A DNA stretch of 64,000 nt, taken from the NCBI GenBank assembly GCA_964270895.1, contig OZ185442.1; one strand, given 5' to 3'. The notes under the pieces were generated by a model. The model was not told where the DNA came from. It worked only from the letters and a program-made list of their open reading frames with translations, and made no database searches. The first letter of the stretch is position 1; the number at the start of each line of letters is the position of its first letter. The position numbers and the translations under genes were made by a program. Positions 21,791 through 34,000 of this stretch are shown piece by piece. The DNA is from Podarcis filfolensis. Taxonomy: Eukaryota.

Positions 21791-24700
21791 TAGTCCCTCC
21801 CTTGTGATGTGGAGGGTGATGCCTGCCAGGGCTGGAGGGCAGCTGTGTCAAAGGCACAGATCAGGGGTGGGAAACCTAAGGTCTGCTGGAATGCATCCTT
21901 GCACTCTCATGACTCCTGCTTGCCTGGACGGATGATAGAGAACTGTGCGTCAGTGTGTGTGGAAACTAGCTTACTGTACAAAGGTAAAAGTTAACATTCA
22001 TTGGCCCACCACTTCTGCCTCTGTCCCTGCCCACCATTGGCATGTGGTTCCTGTAAGGCTGCTTATAAGGGAATGTAGTCCTCAGATTGAAAAGTTTTCT
22101 CCACCCTTGCCATAGATCTGCACAATGCGCCATGAGAACTGAGAGCAAAAAAATGGTCACATTGCAAGGGTCTGAGGAGAACCAGGCCCAGTTTGGTCCC
22201 CAGGGAAATGTGTTGTGATAAATGTTTACTTTATTTATAAAAAACACTTTTATACCAGTTTTCAGCCCTAGCACACACACACCCTAGCAGTGTGCAAGAA
22301 AAGAAAATACCGGTTTAAACAATAACAGAATTAAAACTGAATGTTAAACGTGACATTTAAAAAGTAGGAAGAATGAATCAAAACCTTCAATCTCAATAAA
22401 GGCAAGAGCCAAGTGGAAAATAAACATTTTTGTTGCTCAACCTAAAAGCCATTAGGGCTGTGGCCAGTTTGTCCTAAGAATCACTGGACAAGGTGAATTG
22501 GTGCCCTCATCTCAGGCCATGATAGTTTCTTGCTCCTAGCAAGAACATTTTAATAATTCTCCCTAGAAGAAATCAAAAGTCAACGAAGATTTATATTTCT
22601 AGTCTATAGAAAACAGCACAACAACATGCTAAAAATCAGTGGATGGAGAAGAATTGGAAATTTGCAAGTCAAACTGGCTAGGGACGCAACTCTGAATTTC
22701 AGTCCAATGGTACTCCAGTCCCCTTTTATTATATTGCAGCTCTTTTCCAAAGGAAGTAAGTGTGGGTGGGTGCCTGCTACATAGAAGTTCATGTGTATGT
22801 TTTTACTCTCTAATGGTGGTGTTGTTCTATGAGATCCAAGCTTGGGTTGAGATTTGAACTTCTCCAGGTCCAAATACATAGCTCTATCCTCAGGTCTCCC
22901 CCATCCTATTGGTGAATTCTTGAAAATTTGACTTAATGGTCTTAAACCTGAGCCACTCCTACCTAAGCAAATGACATTCCAAAGCATTCTGTTTAGTTTC
23001 ATTCCAGACACTAGAAATAGTTCCCTGAGGGTCAGGAGACAAGGGACCGTTGCCTCTTGTCCTCAACAAGCTATGAAATTGGATATTGTGGGCTCTCTGA
23101 TCTTGGCAGATCTTGGTTTATATAAATATGCCAGTCCTTCAAGGTGCGACAAGACTGTGTGTTTTCTGCAGCACACACAGCTCACCCTCTGGAATTTGGC
23201 ATAATTTGGGGTGCCACCTTTGGCTAAGAATGTGGTTTATAAATATTTAAATAAATGTGCAGGAAACAAGGTTGATTGGGGATTTCTAAAGGCTGTTGTG
23301 TACAGAAAATAGCCAGCTGGAGTGTGGGGCAGTTCTGTGTATTTCCTCCCCTGCCTTTTTTTTCTTCTTTTTTTGCCTTTCAGGCTCTTTCACTAAGCCA
23401 CAAATGATTAACATATGTGAATAGGTAGGCTGGTAACATTTGTAATTGATTTACAAAGCTCCACTTAGAATCCCTAAGGTGAACAGTTGCAACAAGAGAT
23501 GGGTTTCCTCTCGGAAGTGAGGAACTTTGTTTAGCCTGAGGGCCACATTCCACCATGGGTGAACTTCTGGGGGCCACATGCTGGTGGGGAAAGTTGGTGG
23601 AACAAAGGATGTGACTCCTACCTTTGTACAGCAAGTTGCATTTCAGCTACAAAAAATGCCAGAGGTTTCTACATATTCAGCCCCAAACACATGAAATACA
23701 TCTCCATCCAGAATCCAGGCAGGCCAGAGGTATTATCACAGTTCAAGTACACATTCCAGCCAAATAAAAGCACTCAAGGGCATAGGGCATTCCACTGTGG
23801 GGCTTGACAAGCCTAAGAGGCCCTATTTGGCCCACAGGCCAGAGTTTTCTCACCTCTGCCTTAAAAATCAAGCATGGCCCTTTTGTACAACTGTATTAGT
23901 TCTCCTGTAAACAGCAAGCGAGTGATCGTGAAGGAAGGACACTTAGACAGCCAATTCTGGAGAGACTGTTGCTTCCAGCACTTGGACAATAGGGCAACAC
24001 CTTGATTTTTGCCCTCTACGCAGTGTTTGATATGGGACAATGCCTCCTCTCAAAAATAAGACCTGGTCTGAAGGATCTAGAACAGAGGGAAGGCAGTCTT
24101 GTCTGTTTATTCCCATGGTAGATTCGTCAAGTGGGATAGCAGTTGTGGTAGGATTGGGGAGCCTGTGGCCCTTCACATATTGTTGGACTCCAGCTCCCAT
24201 CAACCCCAGACAACATGGTCAGTGATGATGCGAATTGTCCAGCAACATCTGGAGGCTTGCAGGTTCTTCAGCCCTGACTTGGGGGGGAGGGTGTGGGGGT
24301 GTCAATTGACTCGGCAGCTGTTGTGAGTGGAGAAGTGGTATAGGCAAGGTCCTACTGCTTCCAAAAGCAGTGGACTGACTTCCAAGTCCATCACCCTCCA
24401 CTGTACTAACCTGGTGTTGCTGTACTTGGTGGAAGAGCAAGAGATTGCCAGCAGCTCCAGTTTAAAGGAATGCAGTAGATATCAGGCCTTAGCCACTGCC
24501 TGTCATAATAAAATCATAACTATGTGTCTGACTTGGTACAAGGCAGATTTGTGTGTTTGATATTCCAGGTTGTGTTTTAGCAAATGGAGGTTGAGGAATG
24601 AGCTACACAGGAGCCCTTTGCAAGGCAGCTGGGTTATGAGCCTCCCTTACTGGACCATAACTTTGATCCTTCTCTTCATTTTCTGAGATGTTGTAGCTCA

Positions 24701-24958
24701 GCTAAGTCTATTGTTTTTGTGTATCATTGTAATTAGGGGTGTCGCTTTTTATAAACTTATGACTCAGTGGTTGTTTTGGTTACATTTTAAAAGTGCTTTT
24801 CCCACCATCATTCCACCTCCTGCAGCTTTGATTTCCTCCTCCCTCGGCTCTCCCTGTGCATTGCTCCCTGACATGGTTCCTTTTGCTCCCCCACTTTGTC
24901 ATTGATGCCATGCTCTTCTGTTCTCTCCGCAGGGCGTCCCTCCAGGTGGAGCTCGACA

Positions 24959-25059
24959 ATGTCACTCTCAGTGCGGCCCCAGCGGCGCAGCCTGGTGGTC
25001 AGGATCAATAGGAGCCAATCGTTCGCTGGCGTCAACTCCACTCAGGACAAATCTTTCAG
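24959..25059 (+). CDS. RIPOR1: RIPOR1 coding exon 1 (exon begins 24933; [10 protein letters not shown]...DKSF)
   Basis: Acceptor ttctctccgcag ends at 24932, ATG at 24959, donor CAG|gtaggc; contains the RSQSF motif. Confidence 0.95.
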
Positions 25060-28000
25060 GTAGGCCCAGAAAAAGCTTCCTTGGTGGAAATGGGAGTTGG
25101 AGCATGCGGAGAACAAAGTGAATGGTGGTGTGTGATGCTTAAATGGCTAATTGCCTTCCCATCCCACCCAGGACTGAGAGTCATGCTGCTGTACATACAT
25201 TTTAATTTATTGTGCAAAATGTATTTTGTTTCAGCTAGTTACAGGGGGAGGGCTAGCATATGCAAAATGATCCAATCCCCTGGCAACTGGATGTCATGCT
25301 CAGCCTCCTCTCAAATCTCCTGAGTACTGCTACTGACCACATGTTCTTAAGCTTCATTCCCATCAGGACATGAAATACTTACTTTAAAATAACAAAGCTG
25401 AAATGCACACAGCTTTGTTCATAACATAGGACATTACTTCAGCAAGAACAGTGGCTGGCTTCTTACTTTGTAGTATTCGCTCACTGCCTTTGCTCCAGAG
25501 ATGCTTCAGGAAGCACCCCTGCCTATATAAATTGCCATAATTATTCCCAATGTTGTTTGTTCGCTTGTTTAAGACATCTACATACCACTTAATTATTTGA
25601 ATTTCTAAGTGGTGTACATAAAAAAGAAATCCACAGAAAATTGGACTATAAAAATTGATCATAAAACTGAACACTACTTTAAAATACCTGCTGGAACAGG
25701 AAAGTCTTAGTCATGCACTGGAGATTCAGCAAGAAGGCTGCATGTCCCATCCCAGCTGAAAGTAAGTTCCACAGGCTGGGGCCCACTACATTGAATACAC
25801 GGGTTCTAGTAGTTACAAGCTGCGCATATGAGCCATTTCTGATGTTGAGGCTGTGCATCCCCACACTAAGAGGGAGGTATCACCAGGGTTTTGGGAATCC
25901 CAAGCTTTTCAGAAGTATAGTTTTTTCACCGTACAGTCAGTCTATGGCTGTATCTGCTGTCTGGGTGGAGAGTGCTTCTTAGCATGTGAAAAGGTGGAAT
26001 TTTCTGAAAGCTGGGTATGGCACCGAAATGCGCAAGTTCTGTAGATAGTCACCTTTCAGCCTGTTGGGTGGGGTGATGAGGTGTTGATATGCTTGCCCCA
26101 CTTTAAGAATGCTTGAAAACAACTTGTTTATCTAATGAATGCACTCCTAAGACAGTTCTGTGTTTCATTACCACTGGTTTAGAGCGGGAGCAGAATCCCT
26201 CGTGGGAGGAAAGAGTAGGATGCAATCTGACTAACAAGCCAGTCCATAACATAGACACAGAGACCACATGTTAGAAGGCCCTTTATTTCTTTCTGTAGGA
26301 ACATTTGGCAAGTGGATAATTTTTTCCTTGGCAAACTTGAGTACGTGAGGCTGGATTCTTGAAGTACTGACCAAAATGAGCCAGGCTAGATGCAACAGAA
26401 GTTCCACTTGATGGTGAATGCTCCTGTTTCTGCAGTAATTAAACAGAGGGAAGGCAGGCCTGCAAACAAGTGCCATCAGCCCACCATACTCAGTGCCCTT
26501 ATTGCCCATGGGCAGTGCTAGAACATTTAGGTTTAGGTCAGGGTGAGGCAGAAGGCGCAGGAGTGTCAAAATCCATAACATCAGATTTCTTTAATCACTT
26601 CCCCAATGTGTAGAACAATTCTGTAAATTAGTATTTCAAATCAGCAAACATTTTTGCAACACTGAATTGCTCCAGATATAACATTTCACGTTTCTGCTGG
26701 TGAGCTTGGAACATCTGTGAAGAAGCAATACCTGTTGGCTTAGCGACGGTTGCCATCTCAACCCAGAGACTGTTGACATTTGGAATCCTCATTTCTGTCA
26801 GTTGCTGTGTTTTGAAAGTTTAGATCTGATATCAGAATTCCAGCTGTTGGAATCATTTTGTGTTTCTTACCCTTGAAGGGAGTGACGTCTACAAAGTACC
26901 GTACTGTTGCTTGTGAAGGATCATGGAAAAACCTAAGCCTTTGAAAAGAAGCTACAGGCTTCCTGGTACTTATAGAAGTAAGGTAGCAAGTTATTTCCAT
27001 GAAAAACAGAGATCTAGGTAGGATTACCATATTAGAGGCTTATTGGGTTGGTTGAAAGATAATATTACTTCATGTTGTACAGTACCAGTGCCTCCCAGTT
27101 GGCTTCAGTCTCCTGCTCTGTTCATCTCCTCACCTGCCTCCAGGTCTTTCAAGAGTACCAGTCAGGGGCTGGTGTAAGCCTTTAAGTGTCATAGGCAAAA
27201 TTAGTATAAAAGCCAATGCTGGATCTTGAAGCTGTTGGGCTAAGAACCAATCCTCGGCCATTCTGCTTGGCTCTCTTTCACACCCCAATTCCAACTAGCC
27301 ATGTTTGTCCTGTTCTGGGGTTCTGGTTTTGTTTTGTTGGTCTCCTCTGAACTTCTTAATGAGTGCTGGTCTTCAACTGCTAGCATGCTGCTGCTTATGT
27401 CCAGGTTTACTGGGCTTTTTACCCACAACCTACTGTATCTGGGATTCTTTACTATTGCCCGGTCTGTTCCTGGAAAAGACCGTAGCTTACTGCTAGAAAG
27501 CATGCTTTGCATGCAGAACATCCCAGGTTCAATCCCTGCCATCCCCAGTTGGAGGGATAAAATAGAAGGTGAGGTGGAAGGCTTTTGCCTAGATTGTGGA
27601 AAGCTGCCACAGATGAGGGTTGACAGTACCAGATTAAACAGACTTACGGTCTGACCTGCTACGTCAGCTTCCTATGTTCCTTTGCTATCAAGACTTGTCC
27701 ATTCTTCCTTCTTACCTCTGTCAGGAGCAAAAATGTCATGAACGTGATAAGCATGTACTTCCCTACTCGTTATCTGTTACTGCAGAAGACATGCCGTCAT
27801 GGTCAGCTGTCTAAGGTTTCCTAACAGCAAGGCATCTTTCCTAGTTCCAGTCCTCCATTTCATACATCTCCCAGCAAGATGCACAATTTCTAGACTTGGG
27901 ACTATTCCTGCAGCACAAGGATGGGGAACTTGTGGCTGTGTGGTTGTTTATGGACTCCAGATCCCATCAGCCCCAGGCAGAATGGTCAGTGGTCAGGAAT

Positions 28001-31000
28001 GATGGAAGCTGTAGTCCAGTAACATATGGGTGGCTAAGGGTTCCCTGTTCCTGTTGTAGCAATAAAAGATTGACCAGTAACTCCCAAAATAGCATGGGAT
28101 ATTAATCTGGCAGCAAGAATTTGAAGCCTGAATAAAATAATCTATTCTAGGTGGTGCAGGGATCAATTTAACAGTAACAGCCATGCCCACTAAACTAGTC
28201 AGTGTTGCTTAGAATCAAATTTAGCACATGTCGGAGAGAAAGCAGGGTTTCATTTTAGCTGGAAGAGAAAAGAAGAGGGAATGAAATTCAAGAGTCAGGA
28301 GTTCATTGTGATTCTTCAGTTATACACTAGGGCAGGATGGGGAGTCTTTAGCCTGTGGGCCAAATTTGTCCTGGCGCAGGTTTCAATTTGGCATGCATTA
28401 TTTCTCTCAAACCATGACCTCCTTCCCCACATCTGACAACATATGTCATGTTAGGTATGGGGCAGGTAGAATCGTGGCTGAATCAGCTGTGCAACCAACT
28501 TCCCCATGCAGAACTCCATCATGCAGGTGATCCCTGCAAAAAGCAGGCTTGGAGTTGTTGCCCATCAGCTGATCAACCCTCCTAATCAGTGGCACTTCAG
28601 AGAATTTGCAAGCCCTGTGTACTGTTTTGAAGTCCTGATGACTGGACAGTTGGGGCACCCTGCTCACTTGTCAGATTTGGCCTGCTAGGCTAGGGTAAAT
28701 AAGGATCTGGCCCACTGGACAGATCAAGTACCTTACCCCTATACCAGGGTACATGGAATACTTGGGTGACTCTACCAAAACAATCTGATCTGAGTTGTGA
28801 CAATACTCAGGCATGTGCACTACTCTTTGAGTAAGGAGCATCTTCCTTAGGATAGCATTTATGAAGTGCTGCATGCTGTTCCCTGCTGGACATATACTTT
28901 AAAGGGTTTAGAAGTGCACTTCCAAATGGCACTGTGCAGAGTTGCTGGTGCTCTGTGGTTCTCCCCCTCCCCTTTTGTTCCTGGTAGTCCATATTACAAT
29001 AGGGGATCCGGTTCATGCAGTCCAAGTGACCCACTTTCAGGGTATAAAGCGTGGGAAAATGATCTTTACTGTGGGTTGGTTTTTTAGCATTTTCTGTGCT
29101 TTCAGCATTCGCTCTAAGCAGCAGCAGTAGTGTGGAAAGCTTCCTCCTGAGTGCATGTATTTTTGTGATAGGTGCTCTGCACTGTGAGTCAAAGCTCTCC
29201 CCACACATGGGTACACTCACTCCATTGTTTTAAGAGTCAGCCCGGCTCCATGACGTCATGCTTTGCTTGAGGATTTTTATTTTTATTTTTTTAGGAATTT
29301 CCCTGCCTTCAGCACCCCAACGGTCTCCAGGAAGTCTGGCTCCAGGGTCAGTAGGATGTTTTCAATGTCCCACAAATCCCCTCCACCCAAGGTGCCCCAG
29401 CCGGAGCGACTCGACGAAGTGTACGAAGCACTGAAGAAGGGACTGACGTGAGTGATGCTGCTGCCAGAAGTCCCACCCTCTTAACCTATGGCTTGGGGTG
29501 GAGGTGCCTGTTTCATTGAAAATTGTTTAATGCCATCTTTCTATCACATGTTGATGTTTGAGGCTCCCTAGAATGAATGCTGGACTGCAAACTCACTAGC
29601 AGTACAAACCCAACAGTGTGTATGCCCCAGCCTTTGCCAGCCCAGTGCCCTCCAGATGTTTTGGACTACAACTCCCATCAGCCCCCAACCAACTTTCTCA
29701 GGCCCCTCCCACCTGTCAAAACTGTCCTGTGGAGGGTGGGATAGTTTTTTGCCCTGTCTCCCTCTATACACATACAGTATAATATTTCTTCCCACACAAC
29801 AATGCACTACGTGCCTGCATATTCCCTCTCCTCACCAACTCTCCACAATGTATGTTTGAGTCGGTGAGGGTACATGCAGGCAAGTAGCACAGTATGTTTG
29901 CTTAAACCTTAGTCTATACCAGTAGCCTTCTCAGTGAAGCTGGTGAACCGAAAGCTCTGCTGGACACAGCCAAACTGGGCACAGCCTCCTGGGAATCTGG
30001 AAGCAAGGATTCTGTTTGGGTCCTTGCTGCCAGGGATAACATCCTGTAGAAGTTTGAAAGAGTGGCCGGGGTGCTGTCTCCCCATATCTCTTTACTTAAA
30101 GGGGAAGAGTCCTGCTGCTTCTGCTTACCCCATTTCTCCCCTAACAGTGCTTATCTGGAGGTGCACCAGCTGGAGCTGGAGAAGCTGAGCACCCAAATCC
30201 GCGAGTCCAAGAGGAATTCTCGATTGGTGAGTGGAGGGTTGGTGCCAACTAAAAGCATTCCTGCCCTCAGTGTATGCACTTCATTCTCCCCAGAGTGCAG
30301 GACTGGCAATAGTAGAGAGACTGTGACATGTCAGGGAAGGGAAGGAGCCTTCTGGTACTGTTTGTTTTGGAGCCTTTGCCCTCTCACTCAGCATTGGCTT
30401 CTGCCATGTTTGTAGCCTCTCAGCAGTTTTGATCCCGAGGGTGCTTCCCTATAGCTATGGGGCAGACGACAGTTCTTGGGACACATATACTGTCCATGCT
30501 TTTTGGGAACAGTTGGTGCTGGCCACCAACTTGAAAATGGTGTTTGACAACTTCATCGGGGAGAAGGATAACAGTAGCAACTGATCTGTGATGAATGGAT
30601 TTTATCTCCCAATATGGGATGCAGTGTGCTACTGAATACAACTTGTTGGTGATCGTAAGCAGGAGAAGGCTACTGCATTCATGTTCTGCTTGTGGTATTA
30701 CCATAGGCATCTCGCCGGCCACTGTGGGAAACTGGATGTTGGACTAAGTAGGCCTTTGGTCTAATCCAGCAGGGCTGTGTATTCAGCAATCATTTTTTTT
30801 CTGACCTCTGCCTAACCTTCACCTTCTCCTTGTTTTCTCCTCTAGGGCTTTCTGTACGATCTTGATAAGGTAAGGCATGCTGCGAAGGAAATTGTGCTTA
30901 CCATGGATTGCGGGTGGGGGAGGGCTTGTCAACCCGTTGAGTTCTGTATCCCTTGGATGCAAGACATTGAAGCTTCTGGGCCTTGGGTTGCATCTCTTAT

Positions 31001-34000
31001 CCCTGCCTTTGCTAGCACAGAAAGTCAAGTTACTTGACTTCAGTGATGCTTCTCTCCTGCTGCTTCTGCTGCTTTCCTTCAGATGTCACTTCCTGAATCC
31101 TTTGTTTTGCTGGCCAACTGCCTTAAGAGCCAAACTAGATGTGACGCAGGAGTTCTGCATCTCTTTCCACTGTGTTTCTCTTTAAAAGCTGCCTCGGAAG
31201 TCGTAATCAAAAGCAGAAGAGGGGAATGAAGGAATGCTTAATCCTGCATTTTTGATCTCTTCAGCTGCTTTCTCAAATGCAGGGGAAGATATCCTGGGGG
31301 TGGGGGAAGAAGCTTGGGGAGGTCCGTTTTGAGCTTTGTACAATGGCTATAGACTAAAGAGTCAAGCAGTTTCTCCTGCACCCTGCTGGCCCTTCCTTTG
31401 CTCAGACTGGCAGCCTTTGAGGTTGCTTTTGGTTTATAGTGGAGCAGATGATAACTTCCCCACCTTGGAGAGGGGTGGAAAGTGGTTCCAAGACAGGTAT
31501 TGCTACTTTCATATCAAAAGAGTAGGATCGTCTACAAAAGAGTGGATGTAAACACCCTATCCTGCTCTTTTGCATCTGATAAACAGTTCTTGCAAGACTT
31601 TGCATTGTTTCAAAAACATGCAAAACCTGTTTGGTGAGACATGAAGCGAATAAAAGAAATACCATTAGGTAAATACCTTGCGAAATCTCTCTTGAGCCAG
31701 TTGCAACTCTCTTATAAAAAGTATTTGCCTATCTCCAGCCTGAGGTTAGTCTGTGTATTAGCTGCAGCAGAAACTTCTGGTTGTGGGGCCGGGAGAACAT
31801 AAAGAAATCAAGGGGGCAGTTTTTTCAGTTTTAACTCAGGCATGCCTTGGCTGAAGCTGCTCTTTTCCTAGAAGTTTCCTTGAGGAACTGAAGGCAAAAA
31901 TAAAAAATAAATATGCTAGAAACATAAGGAAAAGGGGTAGTTAATTTATCTTTTAAATAGATAATTAAATCTCAAAATAATAATGATAACGTCAAAATGA
32001 TGAAGTTTCATAGTTTCTAATCTCTTTTCTTCCCAGTGCTTGACATCAAGGAAACCAGTATATTTGCTAAATGTGGTGACTGGGAGAGAAACAGCCATGG
32101 GCTAGTCCTCATTACAACTTATATGCATCCTGCACTCTGCCCCAAGCAACAAAAAGCACAGGAAATGAGCTTTCTCTTTGGGGGTCAGCTTTGCCTGGTG
32201 AAAGGATGCTGCATTTGGGCAGGCAGAGGAGGGCAGATGTGTGGTTCCAAAATTTTGAGTTAAAAAATGAGAGAAGAAAATGAGCACTTCCAGGCCTCCT
32301 TTTTATTTACAGTCTGCTGACTTGAACTTCTCTTTTCATGGGCATATCTGATATGATGTAGTGATGGCCTCTAATCTGATGGGTTTTAAAAAAGAAAATG
32401 TTTTTAAGATGTGCTTTCTGTTAAAAGTAGGAAGGAAGCATTGAAAGTGGGAGCAAACCAACCAGCTTTTTGCTTGGTGCCTAAAAGAAAGCAACTTTGC
32501 CAGTTTCTCCTACCCCTGCCTTTCAACCCTGAATGACTTCCTCTTGCCCATAGAACAGCAGCCAGATGGAAGGACCCTGGCCAGTTGCCCAGTGATTAAC
32601 CTATATCTGCCTAGCTTTAAATATTGTTCTTTTGCCAATGAAGATACATATCAGGAACTTGTTGCTCTAAAACAGATCAGCAAAGGAATCAGTTTAGCCT
32701 GTAAGCACCAATACGACATCTATTGCAAATGGAAAGACCCCAATCCTTTCTTGGGCAAGCTGGGAATGTAGAGGATTTCTGGGACCTTCACTACTTAGTC
32801 AGTCGGATTTCCAATTCCTGTCTAATGGGATTTCCTTTTATTGTCTCACAGCAAGTCAAGTCAATTGAGCGGTTTCTGCGCCGTCTGGAGTTTCACGCTA
32901 GCAAGGTACCAGCTGCTTCTCAGCTTGTAAAACAGAATTTCTGCCCTGAGAAAAGCTGAAAGCAGCTTTGAATATTATGCAATTTAAGTATGTTTGTATA
33001 TATTTGCTCATTTTGTATAGCCTCGCCGTGAGGCAGATAGCTATGTAGGGGACCGACGTTCCAAGCAAAGGAGTCTGTTGTGTTCCCTAGAACACTTCAT
33101 GTCTGTAGTGGGGAAACTGTGGCACTCTAGGTTATGCTGGGTCCCAGCTCCCATCATTCCTGACCTTTACTCATGCTAGCTGGGCCTGATGGGAGTCCAG
33201 TAACAGTGGGAATGCCATAGGTTTCCCACCTTTGCTTTATGGTGGGAGCAGAGGAGGATTTAGGGAAGTGTGGCTGGTTTGGTCACACTGGGTGCAGAGC
33301 CTCAGGGGCGGCTACAACTTTGATGTTGAATGGAAGATGGGAGTGGGGGGGGACATACCAATTTTGGGTTCGCACAGGGTGCCACTGAAATTTGAGGCCC
33401 TATTGAATGCTTCCACTGATCTGGGTTTGTGGCAACCAAACTTTCTGCCAGGCATCCCCTACAGCCCATCATCCTAGCTCTGTGGTTTACTTCCTAACAG
33501 ATAGATGAGCTTTACGAGGCCTACTGCATCCAGCGGCGGCTTCGGGATGGAGCTCACAACATGGTCAAGGCCTACACAGCTGGTTCACCTGGCAGCAAGG
33601 AGGCACGCGAGAGCTTGGCTGAAGCTAGCAAGGGCTACAAAGAGTACACAGAGGTGAGTCAAGATGGCCTGGTACTGAGGGAGGAGGAAGGAAATGGAGG
33701 AATGGGGACCAGGCTTTGTGTTGGCGGCATTAATGGACAGTTTTTTGGTTTCTCCCCCTTCCAGAATATGTGTCTGTTGGAGAGTGAACTAGAGAGTCAG
33801 TTGGGAGAGTTCCACATCAAGATGAAAGGTACAGAAGAGCAAACAATATGTCATATACTAAGGGATGTCTGGTGGCCATTTTGTAACTTGAAAAGCAGCT
33901 TTGGGAGGGCATAACCCTAAGTGGGTGGGAGGGTTAACCCTTTTTCTTGAAAGCGGATGTTTTACTCCAGATCCCATATATGAAATTCCAGCTGCAAGTT

